From contig CM102285.1 of the NCBI GenBank assembly GCA_046563655.1, positions 14,012,001-14,076,000 of the forward strand: a DNA stretch of 64,000 nt, read 5' to 3'. Every line of letters begins with the position of its first letter. The stretch's first letter is position 1. Both the position numbers and the translations under genes were made by a program. This document shows positions 22,972-36,462 of this stretch, piece by piece. Source of the stretch: Yuukianura sp. NJ FZ-2021 (Eukaryota). Under the pieces are notes generated by a model. The model did not search any database and was not told where the DNA came from. It saw nothing but the letters and a program-made list of their open reading frames with translations.

Positions 22972-25900
22972 TTATGTGGGTAAATTTGAATCTGCTTTCT
23001 TTTCTTTCTTTTCTTGTCGATTTTGCACATTTTTGTCTTCGTCGTAGAGGTCAAGGTCTTTGACGTAGTACCACACTAGACCGTCAAACATTGTTCCAAT
23101 TGCAGTGAAAGCTGGAATAAAATATGTGAAAATTAATTATAATATAATAATAACATTATAAATATTATAAAATATAAATAATATCGTATCATATTTAAAT
23201 AAATACTAAAATAATATTATAATTATATTTCTGTATAATTTATGGTTTTACCAGCAGCAGAAAGGTTGAAGGCGTATCTAAGACTCTCTCCATCATACAA
23301 CCAACAGTTTCCTTTTCCGCCACACTTTTCCCCCCATACCAAACAATTTGTGTCTGGAAATTCAAAATTTCGATTAAGCACGTGATGATTTTAAAAAATT
23401 TTCAAAAAATTTGAGTTATAGAAAGGATTTTTAACAATTTGTTGCTCAAATTTTACCAAAAATTGCTCCGAAGAAAATTGGAGCTGGAAGCATCGAAAAA
23501 ATTGAAATCAGGAAAATTCCAAGTCCAATGGCCAGCGATTTTTCTTTGGGGTCGACACATCGGTAACTCACGAGCATATTGCCTTCAAATTCCAAAATTC
23601 AAATTTAATTTCAAAATTTCAATTTTTTTTTTTGAAAAATCAGGAGATTACCAATTCTTCCAGAAGAGTCCAAGAACTTAATGAAAGCATTAATCATGAG
23701 AAAAGTCAAGAATATAGTGAAGCATCCTTCAGAGCAGTTGCCCAGAGTGACAGTGTCTCTCTTAGGATCCAGACATGCGCAGTTGCTTCCAATGTCATGC
23801 TCAAATGTGGTGCATCCAGCATGACATGCAGAGTAAAACACATCATTTGCTCCCTTGTAACATACTGGCAGCATTTTGTTCACTTTGCAGTTACACTGGG
23901 CGTTGCATTGAGTGGTCAAGTTCCACGGTTGACCTTGACCTTGACCTAAGTCATGAGCAATGTTGCCAGGATTACAGCCGACTTGCGTAAATGCAATTTT
24001 GGCTAGAACGAGCATGATTCCTAAACAAACGTTCCATGCTGCCAGTTTTCTAGCGCTCGGTTGAAATTTTGAAATTAGAGCGCCGCTGATTAAGAGTCCA
24101 GCGGCTTGGAAAGCAATGCTAACAGTTCCTGTTCAACAAATCAATTTTTTTTTAAATTTGAATTATTTTTTGATTTTGAAAAATCCGAATTATTCTTTCT
24201 TTCTTTGTTCTTTCCAGTGTTCAATTTTTCGAAAATTAAAATTTACTATAAAAATTCTGTTAATCGGTTTTTTCACCTGAATTACTACTGCCTAACTTGG
24301 AATAGAATTCAACTCAACTTTTAAAGTTTTCAGATTTTTTTTAACTAGAGTTTTGAAAGCTCAGTTATCATTTACCTGAAATTGCTGAAGCAGAAACTGC
24401 AGTTTGCATGAAAATTGTTTCCATGTACTTTGGCATATACGTCCAGTAACCTTTCAATTTGTTAAAAAGTAACGCTTTAGCTGCTTAAAAATTTTTATTT
24501 GGAAATTTACGGTAGATTAGATTACCTATTGCAGCAAACAAGTAAAAAACGGAAGAGAGATTGTTGAACAAGTTGACCTTGTTTTTTAAAAGTTCTTTCA
24601 ACGCAGTTCCCAATTCTAAGAAAAAATGAAATTTTGAAAAATGTTTCTTGATTTTAAAATTGATATGATTGTTACCGGAAAATTTAGGTAGAGGACTATC
24701 CGCACTGTTTTCAGGTTGGAAGATGATTTGTGATCCGACTTTGGCCAAGTCTGCAGGCGTGTCCGGGATACTCAAAACGCCGTGACTTGAACGGCGCCGT
24801 GCCGGAGCCGCGGCAGCTTTTCGGCTCTTTTGACGTCGCGCCGTGGCTTCTGGTAACTCCCTGGGAAACATTGCAATAAATACGGTCGTCACGAGCATCA
24901 TTGACCCCAGGATGACCCAGCCTGTTCTCAAAAATTCAAAATTTAAAATCAAAAAACTTTGAAAAGAATTTTGAAAAAAAAATTGAAATGAATGCGCATG
25001 CGTTACCTAACCACCAAGCACCCATCCACCGTGGATCGTCAGTGGAAATGATTGGATGAAGTCCAGGACTTATAAAGACCTTGAGACAGGCAGAAGCCAT
25101 GAGAAATCCAAGAATTGGACCAATCAGGCGCAAGGACATCGTAACTCCTAGAACATTTCAAAAATGTTGAAATCAAAATTTTGAGAAAAAAAAGTTAGTG
25201 AAAGTGAAAGCTCAAAAATTATCGTCAAAATTTTTCAGACCGAATAGCATAGGTGACTGCGTCTTTTCAATATTGTCGTCCAAGTAGGGACCACCAAGAC
25301 TAAAAACCAACATTTAAAAAATAGAAACTGGAAATTTTTCAAATATTTCGAAAATTCAAGGTCAGTGACCTTTGACCTTTGATGGTCACCTGTAAAATAG
25401 CAGGACACCAATTCCCGCCACAAATTGCGACAAGAAGATGAGGATGAGTGGAACTATTGAAGTTTCACTACTTCCACAGAATTCTATTGGATCAGGACGT
25501 CCTGGTTCACAAAGCTGGACTCGATTTTGTTTCGTACCTTCAAAACAAATTTCAGAGATTTTCAAAATTTCGAAATCATTTTTAAGCTAAAAAATTGTAG
25601 TTGATACTTGATGTTGTTGAGTTTGGTGAAAGTAGTGAGGTCAGAGCATTTTCTTGAGCATATTCTTCTGTCAACGAGTAAGCATCTTGTCCTGGACCAT
25701 AAAAAAGATGGGGCGATGCTAGGACGAAACACGAAAGAGCTGAAAACAAAACGCCTACGGCAATCCACCGAGGTCGATGACCTCTACTTCCATAATAAGA
25801 AATTATAATTGCAAATAGAACTTGAGACAGTTCGTTTCCCGTCATCACAATTCCTAAAAACCAAAATTTCAATTTCACTTTCACTTTTTTAGTTTTTGAT

Positions 25901-26578
25901 TTCAAAAGTACCGTAAAATTTCTAAAAAAAAAACCCTAACTTTTGGTATCTGATTACGCAAACCTGCCAAAAATATTTAGTTCGTATGCCTGTAATTTTA
26001 GCAAAATAAATATTTCGGGCATTTTGTTATAAACTATTCATTTACTTTCCCATAATTTTTGTATTTAATGTTAGTACGAACCTAAATATTTCGAGTTTTT
26101 TCAGTAAATATTGTATTTACTTAAATATTTCACTGGTTTTTAGTAAATATTTTTGGCAGCCCTGAGAGCGCCAAGTCTCAAAGTTACCACAATCAACTCC
26201 CAGGTAAAAATTGAAGGTTTCAATACACGCCCGGGTGCTTATTAGGAATTTTACGGTATTTTGACTTACTTTTAGTACTTTACCTGCAGTTTGTGATGAA
26301 ATTTTGAATCGTTTTTCGAGTGTCGTAATGGTGGCTGTAAAGTAGGACCATGTCATTGCTTGGATAATTGCCAATAGTGAAAAGACTATCATAAATGCCT
26401 GTTTGGTAGCAAAACGCTGAATGCAGTTGGGGTGAAAGCAGGCAATTCCGCATCGTTCATGACTTATCTCAGGAGTAGTCACTTCTAACTCAAATTGTTC
26501 CGCCGGTTTCCGTCGAAGTGGCACAGCTTCCGGTTCCGTACCGTTTCGGCCGTCGGCTTCCTCATCGGACTTCCCCAT
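22972..26578 (-). CDS. Organic anion transporting polypeptide (OATP/SLCO family), multi-exon
   Basis: Motifs CGIACFHP, ITTLEKRFKISS, SYYGSRGHRPRWIAVG, YLDDNI, DDPRWMGAWWLG, a Kazal-like CNAQCNC...PVC...FYSACHAGC, RCVDPKEKSLAIG, PAPIFFGAI and CLVWGEKCGGKGNCWLYD. Confidence 0.93.
25911..26256. mobile_element. CCGTA-ended MITE (Tc2/pogo-like ends, TA flanks) in an OATP intron
   Basis: TA|CCGTAAAATTTCTA ... CCGGGTGCTTATTAGGAATTTTACGG|TA. Confidence 0.65.
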
Positions 26579-27019
26579 CTTACGGAAACCGTCCAAGATT
26601 GATAAACTGCTTTCTAAAAGTTGAGAAACTGAAACTTTGATATCCAAAAAGCAGCGATTTGACCTGGGATGACCTTTGTGTAGAAAGTGCTTGCTCTACT
26701 GCCCTTTAGTGACGAAGCACTCTGGACAGTGACTAGTGCCTGACTAGTTTGTCGCATGACAGATAGCATGGACGCATGAAACCCGGTTATCACCTCCGCA
26801 GCCCCTTGATTGAGAACAATAGAAAGTAAAGCGCTGGACATACCGTTATCGTGATAAGTGTTTGTCAAAGTGATTGTTTATTGAGGACGATACAAACGAA
26901 CAACTGATTTTGTGAGACATTATGAAGAAATACTACTATCACATGGTGGAATACTGCCAGTATTTTTAGTCTTTTCTTAAACAGGAATTTCCCTCAGGAG
27001 CAACAGTTCCTCCCTGCAT

Positions 27020-27345
27020 TTTGACAATTTTACTCCATTTTGATACCGTGGGTACATTTTTACTCCATTTGGGTACCCCGAGGTATTTCGATGTGTCTAT
27101 ACCCCGGGTACATTTTTGCTCCAGTTGGGTACCCCGAGCGTACCTCACTGCGTTAATACCCCGGGGACACTTTCACCTCATTTTGATACCCCGGGGGTAC
27201 TATTACTCCGCTGTCGATTCTTGGTACCTCGGGGGTACTATTACTTCGCTGTCGATTCCTGGTACCTCGGCGGTACTCTCAACGCGTGGTCCATTTCTGG
27301 TACCCCGGGGTACCTTTCGCTCCCTTTTGACTCCTGGAGTAACTT
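27020..27345. repeat. Degenerate ~31-bp minisatellite with GC-rich TACCCCGGGG core (~10 units)
   Basis: Recurring TACTCC(A/G)...GGTACC(C/T)CG(A/G)GG(G)TAC words at roughly 31-bp spacing. Confidence 0.75.
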
Positions 27346-27347
27346 TG

Positions 27348-30300
27348 CTACTCCGATTCGTCACAGTGACATGAGCAGGGTACTTGGGCATGGAGAACGA
27401 GTGAGTTGCGACAGGGTTCGGTGGCAGAAGGTGCGGTGGGACTCACAGCGGTGGGTTTCCTTGAAATGTTGTTAGAGATATGACTATGACGATTTCTATT
27501 GGTGGAAGTGCGAATTCTCCAGGATGAGAAGGCAGTAGCAGCGATCAGAATCGCTGCCAAAACGGAAGACTCGACCCAGAACACCCAGTTAGTCTGCAGA
27601 TTCTCCCAAGAGGAACAAGGGAGCCGTGAAGGTTCAAAAACAAATTCATAGTCTCGGAATATCGGAAAGAAGAAATTCCAAAACAGCATTCTGAAAAAAC
27701 ACAAAAACAGAAATATTAAAAAGTCATTCTGAGAAACATGAAAAGTTAAAAAACGACAACAAGCAAGTAATCAACACAAGAGGATAGCAATTGAATGGAC
27801 GTGTGAAAACACTTGTCTCACTTCTCTTCGTGTCCACTTAAGATAAGCTTTATCGTCACGCTTTTTCATTGTCTTTTTAACATGAAAAATGTTGAAACAT
27901 TTTAATCACTTATAGCATCATTTTGTTAATCCAGAATTTACTAAACAACTAAAGCTGTCCACTCACTCCTGTTTAAGGATTTACGCATTTACGGATTTAC
28001 GCTTTTACGGATTTACGAGACGACTCACCGCTCAGTGTAAAAGTACTTTTCCATGTGGGACTTAAGTCCAATGACAGCAAATTCTGGATTGGTCTCTGTG
28101 TAGTTTGTCCAACGCAGCCTCAGGTTTCTGTCACCTCCAGGAGGCGTTGGATTTCTAAAAAAATAAAATAAAAAAAAAGTTTGAGAACATACCGTAAATG
28201 TTCAAATAGCTCCCGGAATTATAAAAACTTATTTCTGATTTTTTTTTTGTCAAGTTACCCAAATTTTACAAAATTTGCCCACAGGGTCATCATGAGGTCA
28301 CTAATTTTTTTGTCATCGTAGGACCGTAAATGATTACTGTAGTTTAGATATGGTTCTCCAAAAATGAATTGAAGGTCACTCTCATGGTACGACCCTACAA
28401 AAAAAAAAACATAAAATTTTGAAAAATTGGTTTCGAGTCATATTATTACCGTAAAACTTCCAATAAACACCCGGACGTTTATTCAAAATCTCAACTTTTT
28501 CGCCCGTTTATTGGAAAATTTTAATGGAAACTTGTAGCTTGTTGACCGACGTCTATTAGAAGCTTTACGGTGCAAGTCTTTTTAAAAAATTGGTCTTTCA
28601 AAAAACGCTGAGTTCAAAAAGTGCTTGTTCTAAAAATTTGAGAGTTTATGAGGCCCATTTACCTATCCATTCTTGTCTATTCATCCGTACATCATCTACA
28701 CTATAATATGAAAATTCGTAGAGGAAGAGAGGTTGTTGGTTATGGAGGGCGAGCAGGTTCATTTCCTGGATACAAGGGGCTTTGAGACCCACGTCTGAGA
28801 TAAACTGTAACATAAATCACAAACATACGAAGGAATTAGATTCCAAGTAGTTTTCCAAAATTGCTTTCAAAAACATTTTAAGAAAAGGGAGAGGGGATTT
28901 TGAAAAAATAAAGAAGCACGTACGTCTGAAACGGCTGAAGTTTTCCCTAGAGTCGTATTTTCTGAAATTCCATATCGAAAAAGATATTGAACTTTCACAG
29001 CGTGAAAGGCAGCGGCACGATTCGCCTCTGTGAGACCCGGAATGTTGCGAATTAAACTCAACACGTCGTGGTGCAAAAAGTCATGCAAATGCTTTGTAGG
29101 TGACGAAGGGCCCCCTAAGGACACAAAAAATATCAAAAAGTTAGAAAACAACACGTAAACAACGGATTTTTAGAATTTTATAACTTTTAAATGTAAGTAC
29201 CCTATTTCATGGCATATATCGCGCTTGTTATTTATTGTTTTCTGGCCCAACAAGAAAAACAAAATCTGAAATTAAATTCCTAATGTCCAAATTTATTGTC
29301 TTTTTGAATCTAATTTTGAATTTTGAATTGTTTTAACTTTTGTGTTATGCGAAGTATACGCCGGGAAATAGGGTAAACTACAATATTTATTTGTTATTTC
29401 TACCTTTTTGACTTAACTTACATTTTGTAAACCAAATTGTGACTTCGTCTCTCGTAAATCCCGCCAAAACTGGAACGTGATGAAACTGGTTTTTGGCTAT
29501 GAGCGTGTCTGGGTGTTGTGCCAAAAATGGCCCCCCATATTTTCCGTCAATGACTGCTGCATAGGCAAGACTCAAACCATCTTCAAGATTTGCTTTCTAA
29601 AAAATGAAAAAAAGAAAATTGAAATTTTGAAATTGAAAAAAAAAGAGAATTGGGGCAGTGGAGTAGAATGAATTGGAATCCAATATTCAATTTCCGTATT
29701 CAAATCAGAGGGGAGAAAGCCACTTTCTCACTTTCACTTTCACCCTAAACTTTTTTTTTCCTGAAAAGTGGAGATGATCAAATGGAAATTGAAAATTTTC
29801 ATATCCAGGAAATCATGAAGTGACGCTTCACTTTAGGCTACTAACCTAACTTATACATTGCCTTTAGCCTAACGTTAACCTTAACCTAACCGAGTAAAAG
29901 TGAAAAAAAAACTGAAATTGGGTAAACTCACTTTTCAAATTTTTGGTTTTACGAGCCCCCAAGTTACATGTTAGGCTAACTTTTGCAAGTTAGGCTAACT
30001 TTTTTCATATTAGGGTAAGTTTAGGCTAACTTTTTTCATGTTAGGTTGACTTTACCTGCAGAATGACTTTTGGTGGGAATGTTCGTATACAATCTACGAG
30101 ATCGGAAGTGGGTGAAGTGGGACAGCCCAACTTTTTGGCCAAATCTACAGCATGTTTCCTTGGCGACGTTTGAACAGCCCACGGCGCCGCGGAGCATCCT
30201 GATTGGACCGTGATTCCAGAAAATTTTCCCGCCGAAAGTCTTGACACCAAGTGGAACATCGCTGAAGCTCCACCAGCACTGTTTCCAACTAAAGTCACTT

Positions 30301-33300
30301 TGTCACTGTCTCCGCCAAAGAAAACAACATTTTGATGAATCCAGTCCAGAGCTGCCAGTTTTCAAAGAAATCATTTTTGATTTCAAAATTTTCAATTTTT
30401 TTAAAAACAGAGATGATGCCAACCTTGAGCTTGGTCCAGCAGACCCCAGTTGCCAGAAGCCGCCATGTCTTCAGTACTTAGAAAACCTAAAAACAGGTCA
30501 AAGTCAATGTTTTGTGTTCCCTGCCCCACCTCCGGGTGGCCCCACTTGAGCCCCACCCGGTGGGACACAGCCCTTTAATTAAATCCTAATTGAGTTTCTT
30601 CTTCCTATCTCAATTTTCCACTTTTCTCAAAATTCAATTAAGAGCTTATTCAAACTGCAAACTAATCTCCCGCTATGGTGCTGCTAAGAGACAGTTCCAT
30701 AACTTCCAGCGATCCAGCGATTCAGCGTTTTAGCGATCCTGAGGGACCCTTAAGTACCTCCTGTTGGTTTCTAAAGAAAACGAATTCTAGATAATATGGA
30801 CCAGGAAGCCAAAATCTCTCTATTCTTCGGAAGCACCAATTCGGTGATTAGTCCAACAGATTACAAATTTGTCGTGTGAAATAAGCTCTTAATCCGCTCA
30901 ATGTCTGTTCAAACAAGCAACAACATTTTTCAACTTATCTTGATCGAACTTGAGAGCTTAGTTTTCAAAAATTGTTTTCCAAAAAAAAAAGTTTTTCGAA
31001 AATTGGATTCATCCCTAACTTAAAATTTTGACACCCTCGAAATTTCGAAAAACGCCTTTTAATTATATTCCCCTGAGGAAGGACGGGAAGTGGGGACTTA
31101 TTTTTACTACTCCGCGTTCCCCATAAATCTCTTTTGCTTGACACGTTTTACAGTTTAAGCTCAGCCAATTTAGAAATTCTTATAGTCAACTGGAAAAACA
31201 CAAAAAGTGTCGTTTTTTTTTTGTTTTTTCGAAAATTTGTTTCCATTTACGGCTCAATTTCCTGTCCGTCATTTTCAGCTGGATCTCGTAAAATTAAGTG
31301 CACACCTTAAACTTTATGCTATTTTGAGACAAACGTTTGACACTTTGTGTCACAATTTAATGTTTTGAACAAACTAGGCGTGAAAATAGACGAACTTTTC
31401 GAAAAAAAAAAACTTACCGGGGGGAAGTTTTTTAAAAAAAAAAAGAGACTTAGCGAGGGAAGTTTTTGGAAAAAAAACTTACCAAGGGGTCCTAAACGGA
31501 AATTGAAAGTGACGACAATGATGTTTTGGGACGCTGCAAGTATTTGTCCTGGATACAACCTTCCGGAACCCATGTAGTAACTTCCGCCGTGAATGTAGAA
31601 AAATACCGGCACTTTCTCTTCTCCACGACTCTCAAGAATGCGCTGAAAAAAACAACAACACTTTTTAAACAAGTATTTTTGGTACAAACATTTTTGAAAA
31701 CTGTTCTAAGCATTCTAAAACCAAAAGTGTCTAAAATAGTCCAAAAGCGCTCAAGAATGTTGCTAAAGTGTTTCAAAAAATGGAAGAAATGAACCATGAA
31801 ATAAGTGCTGTCAAACTAAAAAAGAATTTGAAAATCAGTTGTGTCAGCTTATCTAAAAAGTGTCAGATTTTTTTTTAAAAATCCAAATCACTTTTTTAGG
31901 AAACAATAAATCACTTTCAGTTTACAAAAGACCGGAGAAGGGGAACTGCTGGTCGGATTTTGACAGCTTCATATTGCTATTACGACATGACTTCCACTGC
32001 CCACTTCCCCCAATAACAGAGCCAGTTTTTCAAAAAAAAGTTTCGCTTTTGAAAAAAAAAAAATAGGCTAGTTTAGCTTAGTCACCAGCAGAAGACAAAG
32101 AAATGTTTGTAAATTTTTGAAAAAAAAAGAGAAAAAACTTTCTCCCCCACGCATCGTTTCCACCTGAAGCACGTTTTTAGATAAGCAAAATCGCTGCCAA
32201 ATGGTTAAGCGTTGCAGCGTAACAGCGCAGATTCCAGCGTAAAAAAGCGAAAGCGCAAGCGAGGTGTGAAAAAAATAACGTTGATCTTTATGTGAAATGC
32301 ATAGCATAAAACGGTTTTTGGTGTTTGTGTGAAAGATTTATGGCAGCATATACTGGGCTGGTGGCCAAGAGCTTTGGTATTTGCTTTCCCAGATGATATC
32401 TTAATGTGATTTTGTTGTTTAGATATCAAGTGACACCAGTATCCCACGACGTGACCTTTGGACCATGACTGTGACCTCTGCAATTTGTCACCCTCATGGG
32501 AGACCAAAGAAAAAATCTGGTCCATGATCATGACTAGGAATACCAAATAAGCTTATTTTCAGCTTTTTCAAATTGAATTTGAATAGAACTTAATTATTCA
32601 GGGTCTTTTTTTTTTGAGAAATTAGAGTTTAAACAACTTTTAAAAAAACGCGACTCATGTGGTGGTGTCTGAGTCTGAGCCAAAAAGTTGTATTTTTTGG
32701 TTTCAACCTACACAGTCTCGGCAGAATTTGACGAAAGTGATTCGAATTGGAGCCTAAACGACTTCGGTCTTGAGGGAAAATTGGTTGGAGTATGACATTC
32801 GACATGGACAAAGTTGAATAAATCATGGCGCATGTATGTGTCCTTGTACCGGGACTATGGACCTGTCACTTTGAATTTATTCTAATTTATTATAAACTTT
32901 ACATTTTAAAACTTTTGCAATCCTATTTGCAAAAGGCTTAGGAAAACTTGTTTTTTAAGAAGGGAATTTATGTTGCGTGACTAATTTGAATTTTCCAGAA
33001 CCAAAAAAATTGCAGAAAGTACCAAAGATTTTAAGATTTCGACAGGAGAGCAAAGATCAATGTCTCATGCTGGTGGCATAAAAGCCAATTCCAATTTTTC
33101 AAAAAGTACGGAAATGTTTATAATGTTCTAAAAACTCGAATTTTTTCTATTTTTAGTTTTGAAAAATTCAAATTTCATTTTTATAAAAAGCTTATTCAAA
33201 CATTGAATTCTTCCCAAAACTGAATCTGATCCGTCTCGTTCTAGTTAAGAAAGTAAGTTATGAGTGTCTCCATAAAAATCGGTTTTTTATGTGATGAATC

Positions 33301-36300
33301 TTTCTGAAAATCGGTTTCTTAGTCGAAGTTGTGACACTTTTTGGAAATAACGATAACGGCCGAGATTGTTATGAGGAGAAAGTGTTTTTTATTATTATTA
33401 CTCTGGGCGAGTACTTTTCGTATGTTTATGACGCAAAGGAAGATGAAGTAAGTGTGAAGATTTAAGATTACTAAAAGACGACGCACCACCAAGGGAAAAG
33501 ATGGAGAGGAACATGTGCCACCATGATTAATTATTCCAACACACTCCACTTCCAACTTCTGTAAGGCCAAAACCAAAAAAAAAAAAAAAAAGTAGCATTT
33601 TCGAAATTTTGGACAGTTGGACATGGACACACGTCTGACAAGGGAAGTGCTAAACTGGAAAGTCCATTAGGGCCACACCGCCGCGGTTTTCGAAACCAAG
33701 AGAAGCCGTAGACGCAGTTATAAATTTATAACTTACTTTGACCCCCCCCCAACGCTTAATAAAATCCACCCCCCCCCTTAAAATCTACACCCCCCCCTTT
33801 GAAAACAACATTCAAAATATTCAACAATATCGTTTTTTTTAACGCCTGTTGAGCACTGTTCGCACTTACTCAAAACCACACCCACGTACACAACTTTTTA
33901 ACACCTTCACAACTTTTTAGAAAGTTTATTAGTTTCGTACACAATAACAGGTTTACGATGATTCGAGTTGTAGAATTGTACTCGTAAGGTTGTTAGACAC
34001 TTGAATTTGCAACAACAATTGGGAATGATTTTAATTGTTAATTAATCCAATTGTTGACAACAATGAATAAGTTAGTTTGGCCTCAGGATGAGTTAGGACG
34101 GGCGAGGTCACGTCAGTCAAGTCAAAAAATGAAAGATTAATGGTTCAAAATGAATATGAAGCGGAGCATGAAAGTTTAATTTTTTGAGTTCATATTTCAG
34201 GTTAGTTTTTTTGTAAGTTCATGCTGATTAGTCTCATTTGCCAGCCATGTGGGATCGGTGGAGCAAGTACTAATTTTGAAAGATGCTGAGTGAAAGCGAA
34301 AATCCAAGGGCAAGGATGCAGTAACTGCATGACAAGGCAAAAACATAAATTTTAACGTGTAGCTCATAAAAGTGTCAAAAAAATCAGAGTCAAAATATAA
34401 TTAGCGTAAATTTTCAAAAGCTTAATTTTCTACTTCAACCTACACGTATAGTCGAATTAACTTATCTGACAAGTGAATAATTGCAACCAATTGCAAAATT
34501 GCGGAATTAGAGTGAAAGTTATGTTAAGCCCGCTACACACTGCTACTCTGCAACTTTTTCGTTAAGCCCGACGCGTACTGTGCGTGCATTTAAAATGTTA
34601 AGCCTGGTTCACACTTTTCGGTTTGCCATTAAATTGTCAGGCAACATTTTACAATTCCCTGCTTGGTTTTTACTGTTTTATTTACATACGTTTTTGTTTT
34701 TGAATACTACTTTTTTTTTTTAAATATTTCGAGATTTTTTTTTCAAAATTTTGAAAATTTTTCTGACCTGTGGAACGTAGACGTTGAGCGTGAGGCAGTC
34801 TTCGCTCATGTTGTAGTTGTCCATCTTGCGTTTTCGGAGCGTTGACCTATTTCTGAGCGGAACGCTGTCGTAGATCTTTTGTTCTCCAGGTTGCCAGCAA
34901 ATGGGGCCGAATTCAGTTGCGTTTAGGACAAAGTCCCATCCGACAGGCGGCTTAGGAGCCTATAACACACACAAACTTTATGACCACCATTACACATCAT
35001 TACGTCTCTCAGAGACATTGTTCAAATCCTTAGCAATTCCAACCAGCCAACTCTCCCTAGCTTTTCACATCTTTTAGATCAGGATCAGAAAAAAACTAAA
35101 GAGAAAAAAAGTATGGAGGTAGACACAATAAGTTCAAAGCCAGAAATTCCTTAATCCCATAAACGACTGTATGCTCTACGCTCAAATCCAAAAATCCCTC
35201 GTTCATCACTGGCTTTCGCTCCAAAGTACATGAATCAAAGCTCAAAATCTCCTCCAATGATCATAAATCAAAAGAAAAGCTCAGGTTCAAGCTGATCGTA
35301 AATGAGCGTAAGGGAGCGGAAATCAGCTTATGTCCACTTTTTAGCCTTTGAACTTGAGGTTCATTGGCCAAATTATAAGAATTTTGCACTCAATCAGAAA
35401 GAGTTTCAATTAAAACGACCACTTTGAGGTCAAAATGACCATTTTCAGGTCAAACCACTTTCATTTTTGAGACAATTTTTTTTGATTGAAATGATTTCGG
35501 ATATTTTTAGACTCCAAGCGTCTTTTTCTTAGTTTCTGAGCGTCATGCCCAAACAAAAGGAAAAGTCGTGGCGACATTGGACAGAAAAAGGTGACATGGC
35601 GACATGTCACTGACGATAAACTGGAGCAGTTTATCTTGGGCAGTGACCGTACAACTATTTTTCTGATGTTGATCGTATCTGAGTTCATTGCTTGTCAAGT
35701 TGAGTCTGAGCTTGTCAAACAGCTTTTAAGGTTGGGCTGCTAAACGCTGAAAAGACATAAACGTCTATTGTTCACCAACAGAAAATAAAACACTTTTCAC
35801 TTCACTTTTTTTCTTTGAACTTGATTAAATAAAAACTGGTTCTAAAACATTCTACTACTCCGTTCCGAGTTCATTTTCTAAACGAATGACCAAAATTTAC
35901 GATGTCTCGTCACCCCCATGTCATGTCTCATCTCCCTCATTTTCAAAATCCTAAAAAGACCTGTCAAAATCCATGTTTTAACTAATCAAAAGTTGTTCAA
36001 ACAAAGACAGATTTAAAAAAAACATGAACACGACTAATCAAACTTGGAATTTAAACAAACAAGAACCAACAAAAAGTTGGAATTTCAAAAAACATGAACA
36101 AATTGAATTTGGAATTTCAAAAAAACATGAACAAATTGAGTTTGGAATTTCAAAAAAGCCATGAAATTTTCATAAAATCTTACCCGAAATCGGAGTTCGC
36201 GTAACGGCGGTTCGGCGTACGGAATTCCCAGAAATCCAACCACGGCATCTCTCCGGATCCCTTCAAAAAGTCGTCCACGAACCCTGCCATGGAGTGTTTG

Positions 36301-36462
36301 TACTACAAGGTCATCTGAAGGGGTCATGTCACCAGTGTCTAAGGGTCCTAAGGGCTCCAGAAGTGGGGGTACTTCGGAAGTATCCAGTAGTAACACTAGT
36401 GCACTGAGAATAACAAAAATCCAACAGTCGAGGCCACCCATGCCTCCAATAAACGGCGGCAT
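27348..36462 (-). CDS. Type-B carboxylesterase/cholinesterase-family protein with signal peptide and C-terminal TM helix, ~11 exons
   Basis: Motifs FLGIPYAEPPLRELRFR (36183-36462), SEDCLTLNVYVP (~34768-34960), IHGGSY, NFRLGPLGFLST, GNWGLLDQ, GNSAGG, GFTRDE, YHESDLQFIFGEP and WANFVKFGNPTP; hydrophobic SSVLAAILIAATAF near the C-terminus. Confidence 0.9.
28449..28570. mobile_element. Short CCGTA-ended MITE in a carboxylesterase intron
   Basis: TA|CCGTAAAACTTCCAATAAACACCC ... GACGTCTATTAGAAGCTTTACGG form inverted ends. Confidence 0.6.
36010..36165. repeat. ~33-bp intronic tandem repeat (~4.5 units)
   Basis: Repeated AAAAAACATGAACAAATTGA(A/G)TTTGGAATTTC. Confidence 0.75.

Noticed and set aside
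27020..27345. Regularly spaced palindromic repeats as a CRISPR array; ORFs 27021-27374 and 27116-27475 as genes
   Set aside because: Units are degenerate and contiguous with no unique spacers or cas genes, the context is eukaryotic, and the ORFs only reflect the GC-rich repeat.
29830..30050. CCTAA/TTAGG words as interstitial telomere
   Set aside because: Only scattered, degenerate units (GTTAGGCTAACTTTT) in an intron; more likely a repeat relic.
31700..34700. Short ORFs in the long carboxylesterase introns as nested genes
   Set aside because: AT-rich, homopolymer-laden translations with no coherent exon chain.
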